A stretch of DNA of 64,000 bases from NCBI GenBank assembly GCA_964016885.1, contig OZ024749.1, forward strand, positions 32,798,001 through 32,862,000, read 5' to 3'. Origin of the DNA: Eledone cirrhosa (Eukaryota). The translations under genes were made by a program, and so were the position numbers. Below are positions 52,089 to 64,000 of this stretch, piece after piece. Positions within the stretch are counted from its first letter, which is position 1. Each line of letters begins with the position of its first letter. A model generated the notes under the pieces. It saw only the letters and a list, made by a program, of their open reading frames with translations. It made no database searches and was not told the origin of the DNA.

Positions 52089-52191
52089 CTTTATATCAGG
52101 GAAACCATAACCTTCTTGCAGGTAAGGTGTTAGATCTCGGCGACGTTCATCTATTTTTCCATCAATTTCAACTTGTCCAACGATATCATTA
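52089..52191 (-). CDS. Internal coding exon of unidentified gene (NDIVGQVEIDGKIDERRRDLTPYLQEGYGFPDIK)
   Basis: Acceptor ttattttacag, donor AAG|gtaagt, 103 nt open; phase compatible with exon 56151-56232. Confidence 0.75.
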
Positions 52192-52426
52192 CTGTAAAAT
52201 AAATTACAAATAGAATAAGCAGCAGCAACAGTTAAAGTGTTTATATTTATCTAAAAACACTTCTATCATAATTTTATGTAACAACTCTTGTTAAATTACG
52301 TTCCAAACACCAGCTTGATAATGAGAAAGTTAGTTATATCACTAAATCCCTCAAAATTATATGAAAACCATATTCAATGTTTTTCATGAGAAATATGGTA
52401 ACTAAAAGGTTACATTTAGTTACAAA

Positions 52427-54360
52427 CAGTGGCAGACTGGGTCTAAAATTATTAGTTGCTAGGAGATAATGGGGGCCCATCCACATATAGAATGCTATCA
52501 TTTAATTTTTATAATGAATAAATAATATTTTCAAAAAAATACATAAGTGAAAACAAAACAGTGCAATCAAATTTTTGCAGAAAAAAAATGTGTATTTTTT
52601 TTTTACTAATTATAATGTATATATACTGTACATATTACTGGCAGTATACAGTAATACTAAATGTTATAATTGAATTTTTAAATAATTGTGAATGTATAAT
52701 ATTCTGTTATTTAAAATAGAGTATGCAAGTGATGGTTCTTACCTTCTCCAATAAAAAATATAAAGTACCTTGCGAAATATACCCATTTAGAGACTTTCAA
52801 TATTAACCTTTGGTCTTTCACACTCACTCAATATATATATATCTGGGAGTGTGTGTATGTGTGTACATGTACATATGTATATATAGATTTTTATTTATGT
52901 ATACACACGTTTTCAACTTGTCCAAAAATTTGGCGGTCCATTCTCCGTAGAGACTTTAGACTGAAGAATTGACCATTAATTGACCTTACATATGTCTTTA
53001 ACCCATTGATATAAAAAAATATTTGGCTAGCAACTCGTGTGTATCAGTAAGTATATATATATATATATATATAGTATATATATATACTAACATCAGGACC
53101 TGGCGTTGCACGGGGTAGGAAACGTGAAATAGCAACACGCATATGCAAAGATTGAGGAGTGTAGCTGTGTACTTTTTGAATTCCCTTATCCTCAGCAAAT
53201 GATTGTTCATCTACTGGAAACATAGAACACCAGCAGGCCCGAATTGTGAAACATCTGCATGCATATGCAAAATCTGATGAAAATCAGCTGGATACTCTTT
53301 AAGCGTACTAAATCTTAGAGTCTGACTTTTCTTCCATTTGGAGAAAATCGGTTAGGTACTTTTCAAGTTTTATAGATTTGCACCCAGTCATCCAGACAGA
53401 CATCATCAGTTATGTCTATTGCACCTGCATGCATACTGTACAGAGTAAAGCCTGCAATGCTTGAGTAAGTTATATCATGCAACTGCACAGCATGTTGGGC
53501 CTCTCCCACAGGAGACCATAGCCTCTTCGTAAATCTACCCAATCTGATATAGACCGAACTGTTATATCGGATGCCGAACGCTTAAGAGTTACTACTGGGG
53601 TCACCATTAACAGGGCGCCAACAAAAATTTTAAGGTCCTCCTCCTTTCTTCAATCCCCCGAAAATGGTCCTGCTTAAAAGTAAGTAAGTGTTGTGACCTC
53701 TGTTAAATAAACCAAATTTTTAACGAAATATTATACGCTACTTATGATGTTTAAATAGCGTTTATATTGAAAATGAAAATGGCATGTAATGCCCAATGCT
53801 AATTCATAAATTTCCTAGAAACCATTAACGGAATCGAAAATTTTTTTTTTGTCCACAGTGCTGCAAATTTTGAGGAAATTGGCTGGATTTTCTGTAAGTT
53901 ACACCTCAAAAAAGCCTAAAAAATGCGTTTTTTCGCCTAATGCAGAGAAAAAGTTAAAATAGCCCATTACACTTCAAGAAATATAAGTAATGCATGTGTA
54001 AAGTTTGAAAAAAATCGGTCGGATACTTCTCGAGTTTTAGGGATTTACACAGACAGACATCCTGTTTTATATATATAGATATGCGCGTGTGTGTGTGTGT
54101 CTATGCATGCATGAATGAATACAGTAAGCTATAAATTTAGACAATCAGTGATCCCAACTGTTATCACTTTCATATATTTTGGTTTCTATTAATTCCCTAG
54201 GGAATTGTTTGACAAAATGCTTTGCTTATTTGTTTATTTTTTGTTATACTTTCTCAAAGACTTTTTTGTAAGGAAAGCATTGGCCCTTAAAATACTACTG
54301 TGAGCCCCTTGGGGCCCACTTGCCATTGGGAAACCTGGCAACTCGGCCAGTCTACCACTG
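52427..54360. mobile_element. Non-autonomous hAT-like transposon with nested Helitron-like insert; partial second copy from 58973
   Basis: TIRs cagtggcagactgg / ccagtctaccactg (13/14) and 8-bp TSD gttacaaa on both sides. Confidence 0.88.
53085..54080 (-). mobile_element. Non-autonomous Helitron-like element nested in the hAT element
   Basis: Minus-strand TCtatatatataaaa..(ctgt) start and cccgtgcaacgccagg hairpin end. Confidence 0.7.
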
Positions 54361-54531
54361 GTTACAAAGATTAGTTAAATAAAGAGAAAGTCAGTTATAT
54401 TACCAAATATGGTAACTAAACGATTATATTGTGTTCTAAACATTTTACCATATTACCAAATATGGTAACTAAATGGTTATATTATGTTCTGAACATTAGT
54501 TAAATAAAGAGAAAGTTAGTTATATTACTAA

Positions 54532-54848
54532 ACTAGCTGAGGTACCCAGCTTTGCCCGAGTAAACAGATGCTAAGAAAAGACCAATAACTTTTAAATTCT
54601 GACCCTGAGCTTTGTTTATGGCCATAACAAAAATGGCTCTAACATGGAACTGAAGTCTTGAGAATTTGAATGGCAGTTCGGTAGAGAAAGGGATGAGAGG
54701 AATCTTGGGATTAAATGAATTTTCTCTTTGATGTTTGCCTCCAAGAATAGTGACCCCCTAGCTGATCCTCTGCCTGACTGTTAAGCTTGTGCCATTGCAT
54801 AGATGTGGCAGGTCTATGGTTCTCAAAAGGATGATGGGAGTTCCAATC
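54532..54848 (-). mobile_element. Helitron 3' end with Pif1-helicase C-terminal fragment
   Basis: Translates IGTPIILLR..LCNGTSL..PKIPLIP..FSRLQFHVRAIFVMAINKAQGQ with an internal stop; hairpin and CTAGT terminus adjacent. Confidence 0.85.
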
Positions 54849-54849
54849 T

Positions 54850-55652
54850 CTCTCTATATAAAATTCTTTGTCTCTCTCTGTCTGTTCCTATGCATTTTCA
54901 AACAGCTGGACCAAATCAAATCAAATTTTACAAGGGAATAGTATTAGACTCCAGCAGTGTCAACATGTAAGTTTTATTTTCATTTGGATTAAAACAATAT
55001 AATATTTTATCGAAATAACCTTTCTATAATGAAATATAGTAAACCACGAGGACGACGACAATTAAACACACACACATCTACACAAGTAATAGGTGTACGT
55101 GAATGTATGTCTGTGTGGGTATGTCTTAGTATATGTGAGTGTGTGTGTGTGTGTGTGTGTGTGATAATTTTTATTAACATTAGGCCTCAGAGAATTACAC
55201 ACACACATCTACATACATATAGAGTTAGTAAGTTGCATATACATTATCTTCACACACTGACAATTAAACACTTACACACATCTACACATATAGATACATA
55301 TGTGATGACAGACAGGTGTGCGTGAATGTATGTCTATGTGTCTGTCTTAGTATATGTATGTGAGCGTATTGAGAGTGTATATGTGTATGGGTGTATGTGT
55401 GTGAGCAACAATTTATTCATTTGGACACCAAAAAGAAATTACACAATGAACATTGTTTAACCCTAAGATGCTTCAAGATTGACAGATTTTCATTTCTAAA
55501 TTCTATTATCATTACAATTTTGATATATTTTTTTATAAAATATAGATATTTTGAAATAATTATGAGGAAAAAAAACATATCTTCATATTTATTGTTTAGT
55601 AATCTGAATAAGAACAGCAATAACCCGGGCAACGCCGAGTAATTCAGCTAGT
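54850..55652 (+). mobile_element. Non-autonomous Helitron-like element
   Basis: tctatataaaa start; cccgggcaacgccgag hairpin followed by CTAGT. Confidence 0.7.
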
Positions 55653-56150
55653 CATTTATATAGATATAAATAATTATATATAAATGTGTGTGTGTGTAAA
55701 CTAGCGTTCGAATCCACAGAGACACTGGTCACAAAATGCGAGCATCACTGACAACACAGAGACTCTTTTATGGTAATCTCCCTACCTGCTAGAAATAGCA
55801 GTCAGGTTGGTTAGCATACCCAGGATGTTTTTCTTCTTGATTGATTTTATAAAATGAATATCAATAAACCTTTCTGGGTATACCCTTATTTCACTGGTGT
55901 ACTTACTTTTCGATTGTTAGCTTTCGTTTTTGTGTGATGAGCGAAGACACTAACCAACAAACATCTCTCTTTTATATTATACAGAGATACTTCAAAACAC
56001 ATTCTACCCTTACCAGAAATGGATGATGAAAAAAAAAAAAATAAATAAAACTAAACAACTTTAATAATAACTCCTATGATTAAGTCCAACTATGGTCATA
56101 ACCATCAACATCACCAGCATGGATAAATGGAAATAAAACATTTCACTTAC

Positions 56151-56232
56151 TTGTCAAAGTTTACAGATGGTTTTTTATTTTTCATAGCTTGCCAATGGAG
56201 AATGACAACTGGTGGATACATGTTATTGTCTA
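56151..56232 (-). CDS. Internal coding exon of unidentified gene (DNNMYPPVVILHWQAMKNKKPSVNFD)
   Basis: Acceptor ccattaccatttcag, donor CAA|gtaagt, 82 nt open; AA+T joins the next exon in frame. Confidence 0.72.
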
Positions 56233-56254
56233 CTGAAATGGTAATGGAGAGAAT

Positions 56255-56670
56255 TATATGGAGGGAAGGGGAGAGTTATATGGAGAAGGGGAGAGTTATA
56301 TGGAGAAGGGGAGAGTTATAGGAGAAAGGGAGAGTTATATGGAGGGAAGGGGAGAGTTATGGGGGAAGGGGAGAGTTATATGGAGGGAAGGGGAGAGTTA
56401 TGGGGGAAGGGGAGAGTTATATGGAGGAAGGGAGAGTTGTATGGGGGAAGGGAGAGTTATATGGGGGAAAGGAGAAGTTATATGTAGGAAAGAGTTATGA
56501 AAAAAAGGAGAGGAAGGAGAAAGAAAGGAAACAATAGAAGGAAAGAAAGAAAGAGAGAAAGAATGAAAGAAAGGAGAAAAGAAATAAAGAAAGGTAGAAA
56601 GAGAGAAGGAAAGGAGAAAGAAAGGTAGAAAGAAAGATTGAAAGAAAGAAAAGAAGGAATAAATGAAAGC
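56255..56670. repeat. Purine-rich minisatellite (ggagagttatatggag..) and GAAA low-complexity tract
   Basis: Direct inspection. Confidence 0.92.
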
Positions 56671-56939
56671 AACAAAGTAATAAAGAAAATATTTATATAT
56701 TTAAATGAATTACCATTATCAAAAGGACGGCAGACAGCCATCGTGGAGATCTTTTTACAAGAGCTAATGGAAAATACAAAAAAAGAAGTATATCATCATC
56801 ATCATCGTTCAACGTCTTATTTTCCATGCTTGCATGGGTTAGATGGGTCTTCCACGTTATGAGGTATGTCTGGCCAGTTGGGTTCACCATAACTTGTTGA
56901 AATGGAACTGTATTTTGGCCATTTTTTTTTTTACAAGGC

Positions 56940-57845
56940 AATTTAGGATATGAAGGTAGGGAAAGCAGCTGGTCCATCAGGGATAGTCAGTAAGATGTGA
57001 AAGCATCTAAGATAGTGGTGGAACCCTTTCTGTAACTTCCGGCAGAGCCCTATAAAACGAATAGCTCTCGGTTCTCTGCCTCTCATTGCCCTTTCGGCAC
57101 CAGGCCAAGAGCCTCTCATTTGGCCTTCCGGCGCCTGGCCTTAGCCAGGCGTCCTCTGCCAGCCGCGTTTGCCTGGCAATCAAAACGGTAACGACTAACT
57201 TTGTTTCATTCTATCATCTATTTCTTTGACATGTCAACTATACTATCTACCATTGTTAATTAAATATTATACACACAAACAATGTATTCCTTGTTACATT
57301 CATACAACCCAGTATCTTCGCTATATTGGTGCCGAAAGGGCAATGAGAGGCAGAGAACCGAGAGCTATTCGTTTTATAGGGCTCTGCCGGAAGTTACAGA
57401 AAGGGTTCCACTTCCCGTCCAGATGTTAATCCAAACAAAGGAGACAACCGCTACACATCTAAGATAGTGGATCAAATCTTAACCACTCATATTGTAAACC
57501 AAGTAATACTAAATGGTGTTATATTGAATGACTGGCATAAGAGCATCATTGTTAACTACTACAAGGGCAAATTAGATGCACTAGATAGAGGGAACTATAG
57601 AGACATCAAGTTGATTGACCAAGTCATGAAGATCACACAGAGAGTTATAGCACAGCTTATTAGGGACCAGGTTACCCTAGATGAGATGCAGTTTTGATTT
57701 TTACCAGGTAAAAGCACAACTGATGCTCTCTTCCTTCTGAAACGACTACAGGAGAAGTACCTAGCTAAATGTAAGCTGCTCTACTTGGCATTTGTTGATC
57801 TGGAGAAAGCTTTTGACAGAGTCCCCTGTGCCATAATCTGGTTGG
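56940..57845 (+). mobile_element. RTE-type LINE RT fragment interrupted by an insertion
   Basis: GKAAGPSG...YKGK.DALDRGNYRDIKL...GKSTTDALF...AFVDLEKAFDRVP. Confidence 0.88.
57019..57455. mobile_element. 437-bp insertion with 85-bp perfect inverted repeat and 15-bp target duplication
   Basis: Arms 57018-57102 and 57327-57411; catctaagatagtgg at 57004-57018 and 57456-57470. Confidence 0.85.
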
Positions 57846-57859
57846 GCTTGTTTCATGTG

Positions 57860-58550
57860 AGCTTTTGCTGCCCCTGTGCATCTGCTACATACAATGCCTA
57901 CATTTGTTGTTAGCCTGCTTGAGCTCCTGCTTCATCTCTTGTGTACCTATACTTTACATTTTATACACTGAATGGAATTGTACCAACTCTCTTTCTGCAT
58001 ACTAAACAGGCCATTTCCCTGATGGAATGAGGACTTCTTTACTTTTCTACTTATTACGACTTTCATCTTTGCCAAGTTGATTTTAAAGCCTCTAATTCTG
58101 CTGCAGCTCCAGCTATAAAATACTAGGTCATTAGCATATAAAAGCCCCAATGGACAGCCAATTTTAAACTTCTTTGTTATGGCCTGGAGGATAATATCAA
58201 ACAGAAGAGGGTAGAGGACAAAACCCTAGTGGACAACCAGCTACACTAAGTTCATCCTTATACTCGTTAACTGTAAACTTGCTGACTGCATTTTGGCACA
58301 TGGCTTGTACTGCCCTCACAAGACACTCATCTATCCTTAGCTTCCTAAGAGCCCATCCTATTGTGGAGCAGGAACCCTATCAAATGCTTTCTCAAAGCCA
58401 ACAAATGCTATGTAAAGGAGTTTACTCTTAGTTCGATATTTCTTCTGCAGTTGTCTCACAAGGATGAGGGCATCTGTGGTACCTTAACCAGCCATAAAAC
58501 CAAATTGCATCTCATCTAGTTTAATTCTACCCCCAATTAGTTGTGTTATA
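57860..58550 (-). mobile_element. Decayed RTE-type LINE RT fragment, opposite strand
   Basis: LLYANDL motif, LDEMQFGFM and AFVGFEKAFDR-like segments on the minus strand. Confidence 0.8.
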
Positions 58551-58924
58551 TTGCAAAATTTGTAAGGTTCATAGTTAATTGTATTTATAATATGTGTTAA
58601 TATTTTCATTCTGAAAGAATTGTTAACAATTTGTAATGTTATTTATACAACTGTGAATAAAATTATTTTCTATAAAAACAGAAAGTGATGGTAGTCAAAT
58701 AAGAAGGGATTTCTTCAACAGGAGTGAAAAGGCCCTGGATTGGATTCAACTGAACTTCACTGTTTTTTTTTTGTATTTTAGTAAAGTACTGGGAGGGGTT
58801 GGTGTAATCGATTCTCACCTCTCTCAAAAATAACTGACCCTGTGCCTAAATTAGAAATAATCATTATTTATTAATGAGCGTAACAGTGTTTTATCAATAT
58901 ACATATATGTGTTTGTTATATATA

Positions 58925-58972
<48 letters not shown>

Positions 58973-59339
58973 CAGTGGCGAACTGGGTCTAAAAATATTG
59001 GTTGCCAGGAGATAAAGGGAGCCCATCCACATATAGAATGCTGTCGTTTAATTTTTAGAATGAATAAATAACATTTTCAAAAAATACATAAGTGAAAACA
59101 AAACAGTGCAATCAAAGTTTTGCAGAAAAAAATGTGTATTTTTTACCAATTTTATATACTGCACATATTACTGGCAGTATACAGTAATTCTAAATCTTAA
59201 TAAAAAATATAATATAAAGTATCTTTCAAAATATACACATCCAGAGACTTTCAATAATCACTTTTGATCTTTCACACTAACTCAATACATCTATCTGAGA
59301 GTGTGTGTATGTGTGTACATGTACATGTGTATATAATAA

Positions 59340-60585
59340 TAATAATAATAATGAAATTATTGTGTAAAGTGCTCAGGTGCACTACAACTCGTCAATATAG
59401 TACATAGAATAATACACAAATGCCAGGGAAGTACATGTTTGTATGTGTTAGCTGTAGTGTTGGCGGATCTCGGGAAGCATGGAGGCCTTAAAGGATGCAG
59501 CGTCTCGACAGCTAACAACTGATGCAGGTAGTTTGTTCCATGCTTCAGCCACTCTGAGCGTGAAAAAATGTTTCCGAATATAAAGATTTATATGCATGTA
59601 TACATACATGTTTTCAACCTGTCCCTAGGGACTGAAGACTTAATTCCCTAGGGAATTGTTTGACCAAATGCTTTATTTATTTTTTCAGAAGTTTTTATTC
59701 TCTCTCTAAGACTTTTTTTTTTAAACATTTTTTCACGCACTGGATTGTTGAAGGATGGAACAAACTACCTGCATCTGTTATTAGCTGTCGAGACACTGCA
59801 TACTTTAAAACTTCCATGCTTCCTGAGATTAGCCAACACAATACCTGATATCCCCCTTCCATACACACACACATGTATTTCATGACTCGTACACTGTTCA
59901 TTTTCCTGACATTTGTACATTATTCTATTGGCAGTGTCGGTAGAGGGTTGGACGCCATGCTTTCTAGCATAGTTACGTCCCTTTACATTCTGAGTTCAAA
60001 TCCCGCCGAGGTTAACTTTGCCTTTCATCCTTACGGGGTCGATAAAATAAAGTACCAGTAATGTACTGGGTAATTGCTGGCCTTGTGCCTAAAGTAGAAA
60101 CAATTATTCTATGTACTATAGATGCACCTCGGTAACTACTGAGCCGCAGGTTTTGATAATGAAATTATTGTGTACAGTGCTCAGGTGCACTACAACTCAT
60201 CAAAGGTGCATGTATAGTACATAGAATAATGTAATGTACAAATGTCAGGAAAATGAACAGTGTATGAGTCATGATATAATAATAACAATAATGAAATATT
60301 GTGTACAGTGCCCAGGTGCACCACAACTCATCAAAAAAGTGCATGTACAGTACATAGGGCAATGCACAAACATCAGTAAAATGAACAGTGCACGAGTCAT
60401 GATACACACATGTGTGCATGTGTATGGAAGGGGTACATCAGATGTAGTTTTGGCGTATTTCGGGAAGCATGAGTGTCTTAAAGGATGCAGTGTCTCGGCA
60501 GCTAACAATTGACGCAGGCAGTTTGTTCCATGCTTCAGCAACTCTGAGCGTGAAAAAATGTCTGCGAAAGTCATGGGAGCTGTGG
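59340..60585. mobile_element. Cluster of CR1-like LINE 3'-end fragments (59340-59580 minus, 59725-59925 plus, 60155-60585 minus)
   Basis: FF..R..EAWNKLPAS C-terminal motif and shared (att)n-tailed 3'UTR. Confidence 0.75.
59930..60105 (+). mobile_element. tRNA-derived SINE (family also at 62088-62260, 63075-63215, 61800-61902 minus, 40960-41095 minus, 38880-39020)
   Basis: gagttcaaatcc B box followed by cgccgaggttaactttgcctttcatcc..gtcgataaaataaagtaccag. Confidence 0.82.
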
Positions 60586-61176
60586 TCGGAGTTAACTCAG
60601 TTTCCAGAGATGCCTTCTCCTAGAAGAATGCCCTGACAAGGGCTAGGGGTCCACCACTCCCAGTGGTTTAAGTGCGCGATCGGATATCCGGCCCGATTAT
60701 TTGTCCCCGCGCATGAAAAAAAAACTCGCTCACTTAATGACACTCATACATACAACACACATACACTCACTCACACACACAAACACTCATGCATACAAAC
60801 ACACACGCACCACACACACACACGCCACTCACACATATATATATTACCGTCATTACTAATACTAGATGTGTTAACTATTTATATATATTTTTTTTTTTTT
60901 AATATAGAAAAGCTTCTACGGGACTAGAACTGTTTCATTCGTGAGAAATCATCAGAAGTTTTTCTATATTAAAACAGTTATACTCTGCTATGTATTGAGT
61001 ACCTTACTAACTGTGGTTACCCCCGAGTGAACCCGGAATAACTTATATATATATATAAAATAAGTAAATCAAACATGTTAAATTTGGCTTCGTCGAGTGC
61101 TCCAACCAACACATACTCAAAATATATATATATACAATATATTAATAAATGGAAACTATATTTATAAAACCATATT

Positions 61177-61242
61177 TATTTTATTATATATATTTCAAGG
61201 GCGACCGAGGTAAATTATGATGCGCTTTCATCAGATAAAATA
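61177..61242 (-). ncRNA. Minimal type I hammerhead ribozyme motif, same family as 28360-28420
   Basis: UAUUUUAU-CUGAUGA-AAGCGC..GCCCUU-GAAA-UAUAUA-UA-AUAAAAUA. Confidence 0.7.
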
Positions 61243-61749
61243 CAGATTTGTTTTATAAATAAATATTGACATACCCAGAAAAAAGTATAGTATCTCCACT
61301 ATCCAGCAAATTTCATGAATCCCAACAAATTAAATATAACCTCTGCATATATATTGTATTTGTCCCCTTCTTGTGTGCCCCTGTGGCTAATAAAGAAACA
61401 TATATATCTATATACATACACACCCAGTATCTAACAGGGCACATAAGGCGGATGCTTCTAATTCAATTTTAAAAGTTAATTCGCCGTCTTTTAAAAACAC
61501 ATGATTTGTTTATATATATATATATATATATATATAATGGATACTGGATGTGTATGTATATAATAATAATGAAATTATTGTGTACAGTGCTCAGGTGCAC
61601 TACAACTCATCAAAGGTGCATGTATAGTACATAGAATAATGTACAAATGTCAGGAAAATGAACAGTGTATAATGTACAAATGTCAGGAAATATAGATATA
61701 TATGTTTCTTTATTAGCCACAGGCGCACAAAAGAAGGGGACAAATACAA

Positions 61750-62312
61750 TAGATATATAAACAAACAAACAAAAACAGTACTATATATAATAATTATAAT
61801 TGTTTCTATTTTTTGGCACAAGGCCAGCAATTATTAGTACATTACTGGTACTTTATTTTATCGACCCCGTAAGGATGAAAGGCAAAGTTAACCTCGGCGG
61901 GATATAATAATTATAATGAGCGTTACCTTGTTATCGAAACAGCGTTTTGCTTCGGCACTGTTAGGACATCGAATATGTTCACAATAAATAGCACAAGACA
62001 AAATGCTACAGTGGTTAATTTATTCTCTTATCCAATCAGCATCAAGCAAAAAAAAACAATAAGTTTTGTTTCGCTTGGTTGATCACTGGCAGTATCAGTA
62101 GAGGGTCGGACGCCATGCTTTCAAGCATAGTTACGTCCCTTTACGATCTGAGTTCAAATCCCGCCGAGGTTGACTTTGCCTTTCATCCTTACGGGGTCGA
62201 TAAAATAAAGTACCAGTAATGCACTGGGTATTTGCTGGCCCTGTGCCTAAAGTAGAAACAAGTATATTAAATCAAAAAAATAAAATCTATATATATAAAA
62301 CTGTCTGTCTCG

Positions 62313-62346
<34 letters not shown>

Positions 62347-64000
62347 AGTACCCAACCGATTTTTTTCAAACTTTACATGTGTATTACTTATGTTTCAGGG
62401 AGTGTTATGCACATAAGAAAATTCAACTTTTTGATCCCCTAGGGTCCACATTAGGTGAAAAACTGTGTTTTTTTTCAGCTTTTTAGGGGGTTTTTGAGGC
62501 GTTACGTCAAACCGATTTCCTTGAAATTGTAACTATGTATTAGACAGTCTCTTCTTCATACCGTGAGCAAAGAAAATCCAACTTTTTTATGGCCTAGGGA
62601 CCGCATTAGGTGAAAAACTTCATTTTTTTTCAGCTTTTTGAGGCGTTATGTCTAGCCAATTTTCCCGAAATTTCAAGGCATATTATGCACATAAAAAAAA
62701 ATTCATTTTCTTGATCCCCTAGGGCCCGCACTAGGTGAAAACCTGCATTTTTCCTGCATCATCGAGGAAAATCTTAAAGATTATCCAGCCATTAGAGTAT
62801 TCGGTTTATTTTCTCTACATATTGTCCAAGCGGCCCGCGTTTCAAAATATCTTATCCCGTGCAACGCTGGGTACCACTGCTAGTAAAGACTAAAAGTAAA
62901 AATATCTTATTATATATACAGGGTGTCCCCTCAAAATGGATACACACTTTTATTAAAATGCCGTTAAGTGTGTATACATTTTGGGGACATCCTGTATATA
63001 TATATATATATTAATAATATTTACATGAAACAACAAAAAAGGAAGGGAAAGAAGAAAAAGAATGAAGAGGCTATTTTACCGGTAAGAGTGTCAGACACCA
63101 TGCTTTGAAGCAAAGTTGCAGCCCTTTACGGTCTGAGTTCAAATCCCGCTGAAGTTATTTTTGTCTTTCATCCTTATGGGGTCGATAAAATAAAGCACCA
63201 GTAATGCACTTGTATGACAGGACATTAAAACATTTACAAAAGAAATAGGTGTATTTTTTCAGCCCATGACATTCGAGACGTTTGGAGTGGAAATTCTTAT
63301 CATTGTTGGCAGCTCTCCTTACTGAGGTTATCAGGTGCTACCCGTGAGAGTGCTTGGTTGTTCCAACACCTTCGATTCGTTATCACCCACGGTAATGCTT
63401 CCAATGTGTTGGCTTACCTCAAAATACATTATAGGGAGGCTCTGGCACCCCTTGTGGTGAGTGACACATTTAGGGTTAACTTAATATTTTATTCCTTTTT
63501 GATTCTCTATTTTCATGTGAAATATTTATGTAATAATATGTGTATGTGGGTCAGCTGAAACGTTCATAGTGGTTTGGTTATTTTGGAGGATGAGGAGTGT
63601 AGTGGCAGTTGATAACCATTGGGGCAGTTCATGTTTACCCTTAATACAACTGTAGATCTCACTGACAGGTGAAATTCTTCAGCCAGTAACCTTATAACGG
63701 AATACTCCTGTTTTACCAGCGAAGATTCAAAACCGAATCTGAGCTTTCTCGCCTCTCGGACAATCTATCGTTGGAAGTTCTCACCATTGTCTTGTCAAGA
63801 CAATGATGATAAATGTACATTCCATTTCACCTGTGACCCCAACCTCTTGGGAGACGATAACCACAGGTCTGATTATAAATCAACCTCATATATCCATCCT
63901 TCTAACTTTAACACTTATTATAAATACAAGGAGTTAAGGAACCAAAAGGTCAGACATGAAGCGGCAGTCAACAAGATAAGCGATGTAGCATCAGTAGACC
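61750..64000 (+). repeat. Inverted segmental duplication, copy 2 (runs off the window; carries extra SINE and Helitron insertions)
   Basis: Reverse complement of 40132-41710. Confidence 0.92.
62286..62884 (+). mobile_element. Non-autonomous Helitron-like element
   Basis: TCtatatatataaaactgtctgtc start; cccgtgcaacgctggg hairpin followed by CTAGT; absent from the inverted paralogous copy. Confidence 0.82.

Noticed and set aside
57327-57340. TGGTGCCGAAA as an LTR primer-binding site
   Set aside because: No TG...CA LTR pair or gag/pol nearby; it is simply the start of the inverted arm

Overview
AT-rich, repeat-dense eukaryotic DNA. The SINE/LINE/Helitron repertoire looks like Octopus-type cephalopod DNA (inference). 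Bases 1-~26.7 kb are a tandem array of 31 units, mostly ~865/880 bp, that runs off the left edge. The short ORFs in it are artefacts. The real cargo is a minus-strand U5 spliceosomal snRNA gene: 29 full-length copies and 2 truncated ones, with loop I GCCUUUUAC, a 3' stem-loop and a 3'-box-like element. All array copies have a non-canonical Sm site (AUUUUUCA), while older decayed monomers at ~30-31 kb keep the G. The array shows higher-order repeats and an internal duplicate of its own degenerate edge. To the right are a two-coding-exon GT11 alpha-1,2-fucosyltransferase gene (minus strand, 322 aa) and two or three exons of an unidentified minus-strand gene. There is also an inverted segmental duplication (40.1-41.7 kb vs 61.75-64 kb), three minimal hammerhead ribozyme motifs, Helitron/RTE/CR1/RLE-type/hAT remnants, SINEs, and mini- and microsatellites. 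All coordinates were read by eye and nothing was computed.
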